From the NCBI RefSeq assembly GCF_009914755.1, contig NC_060944.1: DNA of 64,000 nt. One strand, given 5' to 3'. The notes beneath the pieces were generated by a model. The model did not search any database and was not told the origin of the DNA. It worked only from the letters and a program-made list of their open reading frames with translations. Source of the DNA: the human T2T-CHM13v2.0 reference genome, Homo sapiens. Below, one piece after another: positions 1-13,486 of this stretch; the first letter of the stretch is position 1; each line of letters starts with the position of its first letter. Both the position numbers and the translations under genes were made by a program.

Positions 1-52
1 CCTCGGCCTCCCAAAGTGCTGGGATTACAGGCGTGAGCCACCGCACCCAGCC
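1..52 (-). mobile_element. Alu 5' end (cut by window edge)
   Basis: cctcggcctcccaaagtgctgggattacaggcgtgagccaccgcacccagcc is the reverse complement of the Alu head. Confidence 0.95.
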
Positions 53-574
53 AAAAACTGACAATTTAAAAGTGAGTTTAAGCTAACGAGAGTTGGAAGT
101 AAAAGGAATGGCAGGTAAATGTCCTCCTATCATAAAGGAGCCAAGGGATACTATTTTTAATGAGTGGATCAAGAGAGTTTGAGTATGTTGCTTGAGATTG
201 TAGAGGTGACAGGGAGGAAAGGGCACAAGTGATAGAACTCTATCACAAGCAAGGAGAAAGGGCAGGTGAGAGATGGAATCAGAGATTTAAAGCCTCCTCA
301 ATCAGAGCAGGATATTATAGTCAAATTCTAAAATCAGTCAAGGAAAAACATTATACACGCACACACGCACACACACATGAAAAAAGCATTACACACCCAT
401 ATATATAAATAGAAATGTGTAAGTAAACCCCAGAAATTTAAGAATAGAAATGCTGAAAATTGTTGTCAAGAAACAGAACTAGGACGTAGAAGTGATCATT
501 GCCTTTCCAACCCCTCTGAACAACTTTTAAGAAACTCTGTCTCTGTTTCATCGATAAATAATAGTTTTTTAGGT

Positions 575-750
575 TACTATCATTTAACAAGCATATATTA
601 CACCTGTCACTGGTCTAACATGAATTATCCCAATTCTCTCAAAAGCCCTATGAAATAAATTCTATTATTGCTTCCATTTTATAAGATATATGAATATTGG
701 AGGACAAATTTAAAAAGACTTGTCCAACATGATTCTGTCACTCAGGACTT
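575..750 (-). mobile_element. MIR SINE fragment
   Basis: tattattgcttccattttataagat...gacttgtccaa resembles the reversed MIR core. Confidence 0.55.
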
Positions 751-863
751 GCATTTGGCCTGGAGTAACAGAAAACCAAATCAAACAATAGCTGAGACAA
801 ATTAAGGATTTTTAATTTGTGTTTTGTTCAGTTTTTCTTTTCTTTTCTTTTCTTTTCTTTTCA

Positions 864-1261
864 TGTAGCCGGAACCCTGAAGGTAGTGTTGTGGGTGCCA
901 CTGCCTGGGGTGGGCATTGTGGGTGGTAAGAGAATTTACCAAGACAGTGATAGGTAAAGAAAGGCAGATTTATTAGAGAAAGTTTGAAGATATGTTGCAA
1001 AGGTGCAGTGGGCAGCACAGCAGAGAAGGGGCTGTCTGCAAAGAGGCAGGGATTGGAGGGAAGTTTCATAGGGTCATGATGGAGGGGTTATGTGCAGAAT
1101 GAGGTCATGCTTCTGGAGTTACTGGGACTACGTGCTGAAGGAGCTATTTGGGAACAGAGTGTTGTGCCAGCGGGTTGTCTGTGATTAGCCATCTCAGATT
1201 GTTCTCCCCAACCTAGGGCCCTTTCCTCATTGTTGCTTACTTATCTTATTAGGACTCCACA
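864..1261 (-). mobile_element. ERV1 solo LTR, MER66-like
   Basis: TG...CA termini; reverse complement starts tgtggagtcctaataagataagtaagcaacaatgaggaaagggcc, like the recalled MER66 5' end. Confidence 0.7.
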
Positions 1262-1630
1262 GGTGGTTTCTGGCACTGATTCAGGAGCTCAGGGATAACA
1301 AGGCTGAGTGAGGCCCCTATGATTCTCGTGGCCTTTTTCTCATAGATCGAGATGCCTCTGTAGCTCTAGCCTTTCCATTTACATTCCCTACAGTAAAAGG
1401 AAAAGAGATCTATATCAGGAAACACATTTTCCCAGAACCCTCCAGCAGGCATCTGCTTACATGTGATTTGCCATGTGGCACATGTTGGTCACCCAGCTGC
1501 TAAGGACATTGGAAAATGGATATTTTTTTTTCAGTTGAACATATTATTGGCCTGAGCACTGTTGGGCCTCTGTTAGGCAAGAAGGATAAAATAGATATGA
1601 GATAGCATTTGGCAGAAGGTCCCAGCTAGA
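1262..1630 (-). mobile_element. Old MaLR LTR (MLT1-type), apparently interrupted by the MER66-like LTR (other part about 755-863)
   Basis: MLT1-like blocks gtaacagaaaacc...; ttttcccagaaccctccagcag; ggtcacccagctgctaagg. Confidence 0.45.
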
Positions 1631-3319
1631 AAATGGTAGAATTGTGTTCTGAAATCCAATAAATTATAACCATGATAAGCTAGAACAAGGATCTGCAATA
1701 TGAAAGTCAGGAAGAGCCATTAAATAAACTGATATCAATATTTTACTTTTAAATTAGAAGACAAGAAAAAAAAAAAAACTGTGTTTAAGAGTCACTATTC
1801 CAAGGCCTTCACAGGCAGTGAGAATGGTCAAAGATGGAACAATCAAGGCCAAAGACAAAGAATCGTTCTTATAGCAGAGGAAGAACTAACGGGATTGAGT
1901 TACCAAGGGCAAAATACCCTCTTCATTTGAAGAGAAGAATCTAGCTTGCAAAAAGGTTTAAAATAAAGTTGGAAGGTATAATTAAGGTAATTTAAAACAA
2001 ATTTATTTCCAAATGAGAAAATTATATTTCAGCAGAATTCTGTCATTAAATTATAAGTTAATGAGGAACTACCTGTGCCTCGTTCACTAATCAGTTTTCA
2101 AGTAATGCAGTTTTAAGTTTGTCGAACTGCTTTCATAATAAGCAGATAAGCAGCATGCTTAATGCCCAAGAATTGCGATTGCTCCCCTTTTTCTGTTTCA
2201 CATACATCTTACTAAGGAAATTAGCAGTGCTTTTTTCTTTTAAAATCCTTTTTTATGTGATCTCTTCAAATGGAATTATTTTTGTAATGAACAACGATAT
2301 CAATTATAATTACAGACCCCGCTTACATTTATTGTCTATGGTACACAGCACCGAGGCAGATACAACCAAAGTAATAATTAACACTGAGACTGCTAGGATT
2401 CAAAGGCATAATAGCAAGTGTTTTCATAAGAATGACATGAGACTGTTGGAAGAATCATTTCAGGAATGTGAGGGATTGACATGAAATCCACAAAAATGAA
2501 ACTTTGGGGGTTCTGTATATGAGCACACAATTAGCATTTTCTCAGTTGTACAAATGAATAATGACTCAGGAAACTAGGAGGAGGGAAGGGAGGAGGTCTC
2601 CCCAGTGGATGCTAAGAATACACCTGAGACTCCCAGTGATACAGCTGCAGTCGTCTCATTGTGAAAACTTCAACAGAAACAAACATCTCTCCGTTCTTCT
2701 ACTCTGTGCCATGGACGTTGCTCTTTGGGGGAGTTTTAATTTTTCCCGTGGAAGAATTTTCTTTAAGTTCATTTTCATTTCATTTCACCACGTTAAACTT
2801 TTCCCATTTGGCAGAGGAATGTCAAGAGGACTGGGACATACTAGAACTGGCAGCCTGAACTCTTCCTTAGAGTATCAGGATACCATTTAGAACAATATTG
2901 CTTCACTTACCTGAAAAAAAGATACTTGAACAACAGTTCTTCAGAATACAGCCCAAAACATCAACCAAAGCATAATAAGTATGTCTACATAGCCAACATA
3001 GATGCCCAAACCCTTACACAAAAGCTTCTGTACTTTATTAATTGGAGAGCTTGCTAGTCCCATGTTATATCCAGGACTCCTAATGTTTGTAAACTATTCC
3101 AGTATAGTTCACATTACAACAGAAATGCATAAAGCCAGTATTACAAGCCCTCTAGCCAAGAATGGTTATTGAAACTTATAACAATAGAGGAGATATAAAA
3201 ATTAATTTCAAAAGACATAAATCATAAAGCATGGAAGTCAGTCTCTTTCATTTACACATTCACTTATGCAGTCAACTCAGTGATTATGAATCTATTACCT
3301 ATTTTATAAAAAAGAATGC

Positions 3320-3902
3320 GAGGCAGAACTATGAGATCCCACATAAGTTATGAAACAACACACACCCTTTCCTTCCGTCTGCTTTCCCACAGGACTCCTA
3401 GGTAATGGGCATATGCCATGTTTGCTATACTCTCCCCTCTTCTGGTCATTGCTTCCTTCCCAGATCCAATTACTTGGTTGTCGTGGACACTGCTAGGTTC
3501 TTACCTGATTGATTGTTCAAGAGGTAGACCAATCAGACCTTTCCCAGCATTCTTGTTACTGAAAATGGAGGAATTAGCCAGACCTTCTCTGGTGGTGAAA
3601 GATACCATATGTGACAACTCTTGGTGAAGTTGGTGGCCATGGGGAAGAACCCGTCAGTAAGGAAAAGAAAAATGCCCTCAGGAAGAGAGCAGAGTAATAG
3701 CAACCAAGAAAGCCCTTTTGCATTCAGTCTCCAAATTCCTGATGATCATGTATTTATTATAAATGCATTTTTTGGCTGCAGTTTGTCCAGTTTTTCCTTC
3801 AATTACAGGAAACGACCCATTGCACTTGATACTTTCTCCTATTTCTTAAGTTAGTTTGAGTTGTGCTTTTGTCAGATGTAGCTTAAAGACATTTGAATAA
3901 CA
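3320..3902 (+). mobile_element. Old MaLR LTR (MLT1-type)
   Basis: 3' end cttaagttagtttgagttgtgcttttgtcagatgtagcttaaagacatttgaataaca is typical of MLT1; internal gaccaatcaga. Confidence 0.5.
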
Positions 3903-5514
3903 TGATCTGAAAATAATTATGCATCTTTCCTTGATTTGAGTAATATTATTATGCTAGTTGTCCTAATCATGACAATATTGAGTCCTAATATGTTTCCTAG
4001 CTTTTTGTTAGTTGGGTTTTTTTGTAATTATGTATGATTGGCAATCATTTCTCTTTTGGTATAAGATAAAAACGAGAGCACTTTGACTATGATATAAGAT
4101 CCACAGAGAAACTATACCAGAATTTTTTCCAAAATTCTAGATGTTCAGTATAGTATCAAAAGTGCAGTCAGTTATCAGATAGTCCTTTCTGATTTTAACA
4201 AAAGGCTTTCCAGCTCCTGTACCATCTTTCACCATGAAAAGATTCTTCACTGCGTCATTAAGACATTAAATGCTCAGCAGGATGAATTCTGATGCATGCC
4301 AGTAGTGACAGAAATGTGTTCAGCCAGGTGAGGCAACACTGACTGAATCACACAATGTTCCTCCTTACTCACATCACACACTGCCACCCCCTTATGAGTA
4401 GAGGTAATCAGAATGACACCATTATCAATGACAGCAATAGGAGTTTGCCAATAAATAAAAAACAAATATAAAACATTAAAAAATAGGACCTTTACATGTC
4501 TCACCAATATTAAAATATCTTGTTTAAAATTATTATATATCCCAGTAACTTTTAAATATTAATTCAATAGAGGACGAGATAAATAGTGAAACACAGAGAA
4601 TTTTTAGGGCAATGAAACTACTCTGTGTAGTTAAATCTCCCCAACTCTTTCTAATGCTGTACCTTTTTCTGGCGTGAAACTAGCCTCTGGTAAACATACA
4701 AAACTGTATCTTGCCCTCAGTTATAGATACTTTTACCAATGCAGAAAGTTGGCATGGAGCTAGAAATGTCTAAAGCTTGGCCATGAGCCTACAAAATATT
4801 ATACCAGAAACATATTTTTGAAACCAGTGGTTATTATTCTTAGTTTAAAATTATCTATTTTAAGGAAAATTGATTTTTAATTTGTTAGATAGTTACTGTG
4901 AAATGCTCTTCTGTGTCGGCATAAAGCTTGGTGAGCAATAATTTTGCTTCTCTCTTGCAGCTATTCTGTACTGTCTTTTTAAGTCCTCCTCCAACATATA
5001 GAGTTCAAGGTCTCAGTATTTCTCACCTGGACTACTGGACTATTACAGCTTCCTAACTGAGTTACCCTTCTTTGGATTCTCAGCCTCAAATCCATCCTTG
5101 ACCTGGCTGCCAGATAATCTGTCTGATATGCAGCCTAGCCCTGGCATCACATTTTTTACTAATTTATCTCCAGACACCTAAATGCTCTTTATCCTCTGAC
5201 CACAACTCTAGTTTGTTGTCGCAACCCCCTCCCTCTTTTCTAATTCCTATTAGACTACTTTTTGTTTGCTCTAACTCCTGCCATGTTAGCTCACCTCTAG
5301 TTCTTTTCCCAGTTTTCTCTGCTCAGGATTCCCTCTTTTCTTCCCCATCACTCTATGTTCCCTGCTCCTCCAGTTCCATCTTGAATGTTACTGTACACAT
5401 GACAGCGTATTATCGGTGCCTTAAGTCAGGAAGCAAAAAAAAGACAAATCAAACAAAAGTAGAAACAACAAAAAAACAGGTGGCAAAGCAATTAAACTAA
5501 AAGACATTATTTCA

Positions 5515-7226
5515 CTTTGGGAGGCTGAGGCGGGTGGATCACGAGGTCGGGAGATCGAGACCATCCTGGCTAACATGGTGAAACCCCGTCTCTACTAAAA
5601 ATACAAAAAATAGCCCTCTCCCTCTCCCTCTCCCTCTCCCTCTCCCTCTCCCTTTCCCTCTCCCTCTCCCTCTCCCTCTTTCTCCCTCTCCCTCTCCCCA
5701 CGGTCTCCCTCTCCCTCTCTTTCCACGGTCTCCCTCTGATGCCGAGCCAAAGCTGGACTGTACTGCCGCCATCTCGGCTCACTGCAACCTCCCTGCCTGA
5801 TTCTCCTGCCTCAGCCTGCCCAGTGCCTGCGATTGCAGGCGCGTGCCGCCACGCCTGACTGGTTTTCGTATTTTTTTGGTGGAGACGGGGTTTCGCTGTG
5901 TTGGCCGGGCTGGTCTCCAGCTCCTAGCCGCGAGTGATCTGCCAGCCTCGGCATCCTGAGGTGCCGGGATTGCAGACGGAGTCTGGTTCACTCAGTGCTC
6001 AATGGTGCCCAGGCTGGAGTGCAGTGGCGTGATCTCGGCTCGCTACAACATCCACCTCCCAGCCGCCTGCCTTGGCCTCCCAAAGTGCCGAGATTGCAGC
6101 CTCTGCCCGGCCACCACCCCGTCTGGGAAGTGAGGAGCGTCTCTGCCTGGCCGCCCATCGTCTGGGACATGAGGAGCCCCTCTGCCTGGCTGCCCAGTCT
6201 GGAAAGTGAGGAGCGTCTCTGCCCGGCCGCCATCCCATCTAGGAAGTGAGGAGCGCCTCTTCCCGGCCGCCATCCCATCTAGGAAGTGAGGAGCGTCTCT
6301 GCCCGGCCACCCATCGTCTGAGATGTGGGGAGCGCCTCTGCCCCGCCGCCCCATCTGGGATTTGAGGAGCGCCTCTGCCCAGCCGCGACCCCGTCTGGGA
6401 GGTGAGGAGCGTCTCTGCCCGGCCGCCCCGTCTGAGAAGTGAGGAGACCCTCCACCCGGCAGCCGCCCCGTCTGAGAAGTGAGGAGCCCCTCCGCCTGGC
6501 AGCCGCCCTGTCTGAGAAGTGAGGAGCCCCTCTGCCCGGCAGCCAACCTGTCTGGGAAGTGAGGAGCGTCTCCGCCCGGCAGCCGCCCCGTCCGGGAGGG
6601 AGGTGGGGGGGTCAGCCCCCCACCCGGCCAGCCGCCCCGCCCGGGAGGTGAGGGGCGCCTCTGCCCGGCCGCCCCTACTGGGAAGTGAGGGGCCCCTCTG
6701 CTCGGCCACCACCCCGTCTGGGAGGTGTACCCAACAGCTCATTGAGAACGGGCCAGGATGACAATGGCGGTTTTGTGGAATAGAAAGGGGGGAAAGGTGG
6801 GGAAAAGATTGAGAAATCAGATGGTTGCCCTGTCTGTGTAGAAAGAGGTAGACATGGGAGACTTTTCATTTTGTTCTGTACTAAGAAAAATTCTTATCCT
6901 GTTGATCTGTAACCTTACCCCCAACCCTGTGCTCTCTGAAACATGTGCTGTGTCCACTCAGGGTTAAATGGATTAAGGGCGGTGCAAGATGTGCTTTGTT
7001 AAACAGATGCTTGAAGGCAGCATGCTCGTTAAGAGTCATCACCACTCCCTAATCTCAAGTACCCAGGGACATAAACACTGCAGGGTCCTCTGCCTAGGAA
7101 AACCAGAGACCTTTGTTCACTTGTTTATCTGCTGACCTTCCCTCCACTATTGTCCTATGACCCTGCCAAATCCCCCTCTGTGAGAAACACCCAAGAATGA
7201 TCAATAAAAAAAAAATAAAAAAAAAT
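5515..7226 (+). mobile_element. SVA retrotransposon (young D-F type, probably SVA_D-like) with 5'-attached AluY fragment
   Basis: AluY left-arm piece 5515-5615; (CCCTCT)n 5614-5698; Alu-like domain about 5700-6100; GC-rich VNTR about 6100-6730; SINE-R about 6730-7200; AATAAA 7203-7208; A-tail; TSD AAAGACATTATTTCA at 5500-5514 and 7227-7241. Confidence 0.97.
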
Positions 7227-7974
7227 AAAGACATTATTTCATTGAAGAGGGAGCCAAGTCAACTACAACAATATCAGATGATGACCTAGGTCTTGTGTCA
7301 TCTTCTCTTGGAGAATTTTGTAGGGGTTTCAGCCCAGAATGTGTTGTGTGTTTCAAATAATCACGCAGAATGGAACTTCTATATTTTTTTGTAGACTTGC
7401 TCTTTTCCATTATCTTGGAAGCCTAGTGAGATCATTGCTTTCTGGTATGAGGTAGGGATTATGATTAGGAGATTAGTGAGATATTGACAGTGTTGGGAGA
7501 AGGGAGAATATTGCATATTATGTGGCATTGTGACTACGTGGTATGGAGAATTTCTAGAACTGTAGTTAACAGTTAAAGATACCAGATATAGCTGCTTTGG
7601 CATGAGTAGTAGAGCAGGAAGATTATGTTTGCATGTTCTGCTGGAAACATATTTGATCATATTTTAAATTTTTAATGACTCTTTATCTGTTTATAATTCA
7701 AGGAAATAGTAAAATGTGCTTAGTTATTGAAGGGAAACAGAGCAATTTTCTATTTATACAAATTTTAAAAAGCAGAAAAACCTTTATGTACAAAGAACAT
7801 CTCCTTTGGAAAAGAGTAGTCTCTCAGGGACTTGAATTTACTTATGTCATTTTTACCCAAAAAAGGGATAATAATACAAAACAAAACAAAAAACCTTTGG
7901 CATGCACATTGAACTAATGTGTCTTCCTGGAAGCCAAGCTAAAAGCATGTGTCTAATGACTGTGCAGTATTTAA

Positions 7975-8085
<111 letters not shown>

Positions 8086-9454
8086 TAAGTCACTCTAATT
8101 TTATTGCTAAGGGCGTTGCTTCTTCTGAGTCAGTTTCCTTTCTCCTTTGTGAGTCTTCTGTTTATGCCATACTGACTTCTCACATTGATAAACACAAATT
8201 TTCCTTTGGGATTTATTAGAGAACTGATACCTCCCCTGTTCAGAATTGGAAGACTTCCAAGAAAGATTGCTCTTTCCTCCAAGCTGCACATCTGTGTTAC
8301 ACCTGGGCTAAGTTCGCATGAATGTCAGTGCTTTTGACACACAACAAAGAGACACTTCCAAATCCTGGCAGCTGTGCTCAGAACTAAAAATTATTAATTT
8401 CAGATAATCCTCTGCTTCTACATCTGTGTGTGTCCTCTCAATTATTAATCTGAGGAACAGCATATGTTCCTCATTTCTGTAGAGTTATAGATAGATGCTA
8501 CAATACCTTTCCTGACTACTTAAATCAATAGGCTGACATCCTGATTCCATCCCATGTAGATGATCCCAGCAAGTATTAGTAAGAAAAGAGAAAGGATCTA
8601 AAGGAAAGAGAAGAAGGAAAATAAGGAAAGAAAAGCAAAACAAATTGCCAGATCACTCTGGAATTGCCACAGCCCTTCTAAAAATTGTTTGACCAAGGAA
8701 AATAATGACTTAGGCAAGATGAGCAGCAAGGAAAGCTGGTTGTGTTCATTTTGGAAGCTGTGGTTGGTCAGGAGGTTAGGAAGTCTTTAAATCAAAACCA
8801 CAAGTGGAAACATTAATAGGTGGTCCTCTATTTTGTTTAACAGAGTTCTGTCTTCCCTCTTCTTATGTAAGACATACCCATCATTCCAGACCTAATATCT
8901 CAGCCACATTCCTTTATTTTACTCTTCTATGAATTCCTTTTGCTTTTAGTCAATACCTCAGGTCTTCATTTAAGGGCTTTTTTATGGGATCGCCTCCTCT
9001 CCTGAGTTTGTTAACTTAAGGACTCTTCCTTCATGCCTCCACCTCTTCCCTTCCTTTCTTCCTCTATGTTTTTACCTTGTCTTTGATTTTATCATCCTTC
9101 TTCTAGAATATGTTTTCCAGACAATGTTTCTAGAACATTCATTCTTCCATGAAATGTTAGTGAAAGGGGACACAGAGGTAAATAACATGTTTTATCTGAA
9201 ACATAGCATGTTATTGCTAGTTGGCTAATCAATCTCTACTACAAATGTCTATTCCAGAAAGATGTCTCCCTATGAATAGCTACTATGGACATGTCTTTTA
9301 GTGAACATATTGTTAATATTTTTGTTGCACACATCTAGCTTTGGGATTGCTGGGCCTTAGTGTGTGCAGCTTCCTGAAGTAGAATTCCCAATGTATGCAT
9401 CCATCAACAGTGACCTAGAGTTCTCATTCTGAGAATGAATATATAAGCAAACAA

Positions 9455-9760
9455 TAAGCAAAATATGGTTAATTCTCAGAAACATGCTATTGAGTGAAAG
9501 AAGCCAAACACAAGAGTATGATTCCTTCATGTAAGGTGCAAAAACAGGCAAAAGTAATCTATGCTATTTGTAGTCAGGATAACAGTTCCCTTTGGCAGGG
9601 CGTTTGGGAAGGGCTTCTGGAATGCTGCTAAAGTGACAATGTTCTATTTCTTAATCTGGGTGCCAACTGTGGAGACTTGGGCAGTTTGTGGAAATTCAGC
9701 AAAATGTACAAAGGCATGGGCTTTTTTGAGTGTATTTTATTGTTCAAGAAAAAAAAGCTT
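9455..9760 (+). mobile_element. Old L1 (L1ME-type) 3' end just upstream of exon 6
   Basis: tgagtgaaagaagcca...aaaacaggcaaaagtaatctatg...gggcttctggaatgctg...tgttctatttcttaatctggg, then an A-rich end. Confidence 0.75.
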
Positions 9761-9802
9761 TTTTAAAAAAATCAAACCCTTGTTTTTCTGCTTCTCCAAC
9801 AG

Positions 9803-9856
9803 CTATACTAAACTTAAGCTGCAAGTCACTCCAGAAGGGCGTATTCCTCTCAAAAA
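9803..9856 (+). CDS. PLCB1: PLCB1 coding exon (exon 6)
   Basis: cttctccaacag|CTAT...AAAAA|gtaagc; 54 nt; (A)YTKLKLQVTPEGRIPLK(N), matches the tail of ORF 9561..9860. Confidence 0.97.
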
Positions 9857-10560
9857 GTAAGCTTTGTGAGCATTTCTCATTATTCATTTTATTTTCCTCA
9901 AAGATCTGAATCCATGCCATGGCTCTGTTTTGTTTCTCCAGCAGCCTAAGTGGGAGTGTGGAAATGCGTGGTAGCCCTGTCCTCCCTCACACATGTCTCA
10001 TGTCAGTGCAGCTGCTTTCCTCATAGACGTCTCCCCGGGGCTTCCCTTTCCTCTGGCATTATTTTCAAGAAATACCAAAGCAGGAAGTGGGTGGAGGAAG
10101 TGGAGGGACCCTTGCTACTAAGGCCGAAAGGCCATCTGAGATTCAGATCTGTTCTAGGAGTGGAAATTGGCCGACCTCAGTGCCTCTTTCTACCAAGATG
10201 GCTGTAGCCCTCAAGCAGGGTTTGCAACCTCAGATGCTAACTGGAGCCAGGCAGGGAATGTAAATGATGAAACAGGTCAGGAGGAGGAGGAAAAACTAAA
10301 GAGCAAACCCTGTCTAAAGGAGACAACAGCTCATCTCCACCATATATCCTGTGGGACTGGTGAGCACCTGACACTAGATTGTCTAATGTCTTTATAGAAC
10401 CCATAAACCTAAATTAGTATATTAAATTGTCCAGTACTTAAGTTCTATTTTTAAATCAAATTAGTAACGAAAAAAAGTCCATCTCTAGGTCATATCCAGC
10501 CAAAAGTCTTTAACTTTTGACTTACAAGCTACTAGAAAGCTTCTGCGAATACACAAATTA

Positions 10561-10882
<322 letters not shown>

Positions 10883-11225
10883 TTAATTTAAAAGTAAACA
10901 AATTAAAAATTAAATTTATTAATGCAATGTACACCTTGGGGCAATGGGTAGTAGCAGCAAGGGGACAGAATTAATAAGGATGTTTATTTTAGTGCTTAAT
11001 ATTAGAGATTATTTAATGCAATATTTTTTAATTGGGTCAGCACCATAATCCTAAAATATTGATTTTATACTAGACACCTTAATTTTAAAAGCACACAGTT
11101 GATCTTTCGGAAGACAGATGCAAATGCATGGAGGAATGGTTATCTTTTAGTTCTTTAAATATGAATAATAAATAGATTTGACTGAATGGAATATTTTGAG
11201 TTGGCATCATCTGTTAGTGCTGTGA

Positions 11226-11757
<532 letters not shown>

Positions 11758-12100
11758 GAAAATTGGTACCAAGAGGTGGGGTTTTTGCTGATAACAAATA
11801 TCTGAAAATGTAGAAGCAGCTTTGGAACTGGGTAATGAACAGAGGCTGAAAAAAATTTATAGAGCTAGCTAGAAACAGCCAAGACTTGGTGAGGCCTCTT
11901 TTCACTCCTATAACCCCAGTATTTCAATCTAGAATGACCCTTGATTTTTGTAGATAAAAAAGTCACCTAATCAGGTAATATTTTTAAAATAGTCAAAAAA
12001 GGCTAACATTATCAAGATGACAATTTGAAATGTGGTTTCAAACTTATTAACAATAAACCCTTCTTGATGTTTTTTTTAAGATATTAGCTAATGATAGTGT

Positions 12101-12570
12101 TGAGTTAGGAGGCGAGACTCAACTCTGGTGGTGGGGTATGAACACCGGACCAAATTAAGGACCAGCTAAAACAGGGGGAGCGGAAGCAGCTTTCCATAAG
12201 ATATGTCCATGTCAGTTTACCATTGCCAGGGCAACACCGAGGAATTACCACCGCTTTCCACGGTAATGATCCAATGACCCAAAAATTGCCACTCCTATCA
12301 TAGAAATTTCTGTATTAACCACCCCTTAATCTACATGTGATTAAAAGTAAGTATAAATACAACCTCAAAACTGCCTGAGCTGCTACTCTGAGCACACTAC
12401 CTATGGAGTAGCCCTGCTCTGCGGGAACAGGCATGGAGCTGTAACACTGCTGCCTCAGTAAAGTTATTTTCTTCTACCCTACCACTGGCTCGTCCTTGAA
12501 TTCTTTCCTGAGTGAAGCCAAGAACCCTCGCAGGCTAAGCCCTACTTTGGGGCTTTCCAGCCCTGGATCA
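12101..12570 (+). mobile_element. ERV1 solo LTR, MER41-group-like
   Basis: TG...CA termini flanked by 4-bp TSD GTGT; TATAAATA about 12352; end gaattctttcctgagtgaagccaagaaccc. Confidence 0.8.
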
Positions 12571-13486
12571 GTGTGAAGCCGTTATGTTTAGGAAGATATT
12601 TGAAATATTAATTTCATCTCACCTTAGCATTTTAAAATGTTTAGTTTTAAGATGTATAAGCTATGTAAGCAATTAGTATGCTGCTATGTGCTTATAAATA
12701 AATATATTTACATACTTTACAGAGCTGTGCTCAGAAAGTTTTTACTGAGAGGGGTGCAGGATCTAAACAGTTTGGATCTAAACACCTACTTTGCTCATAC
12801 GGTGGTAAAGTAGGTGAGAGGACAAGCATGTAACATGCTTTCATTTTTATGCCTGACACACACAAGGTACATCATATACGTTAACCACCTCAAATAAAAT
12901 AATTTGCTTTCATTTTGATTCATTTCTACATGACTGGCTCTAAAATGATTTGTTACTATTGTTTCTGGAAGTCCATTGCATAAAATTTTTTTCTCGTGCA
13001 GAGCTCTCCTTTCATTATTTTTATCTGAGTATCTAAGCAACAAGGAAGCCTTTACCTAAGGGTAACATGACTTTATAGGAAGAACCTTTGAGCCCCTCAA
13101 AATGTGCCAGCAATGTTCAAGTTGCACTGAATAAGTTTGCAAAGCCATTCTTAGACTTATGATTGAATTATAAAAGTATTGAGTGCTATGGTTAAATTTA
13201 TCAGCCAATTATTGTTGTGAAGACTTTTCAAAACAGCAAAGTTCATTAACAACTTTGGTGGGTCACAAGAAAGAAATAAGAGCACCTCTTCACTATCACC
13301 TTTCTTCTATAGGTGGAAAAAGCTAATGAGGCTGCGAAAAGTGAGCAGAGCTGTGGAAAGGCTCCCCCAAAACATTTTCACCTTCATTTTATAAAGCAAA
13401 ATAAAATGCTTGAACCTGCTTGCTATTGCTTTTTTGTTAGATGCTTTGGAATAGGAAAAATATAACAATTAAGGTCCTGTCCCCGA

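Noticed and set aside
5539-6869. Cluster of overlapping 64-167 aa ORFs
   Set aside because: Products of the GC-rich, stop-poor SVA hexamer/Alu-like/VNTR sequence; SVA is non-coding.
12759-12784. GGATCTAAACA repeated with a 4-nt spacer
   Set aside because: Too short; compatible with a trivial local duplication.
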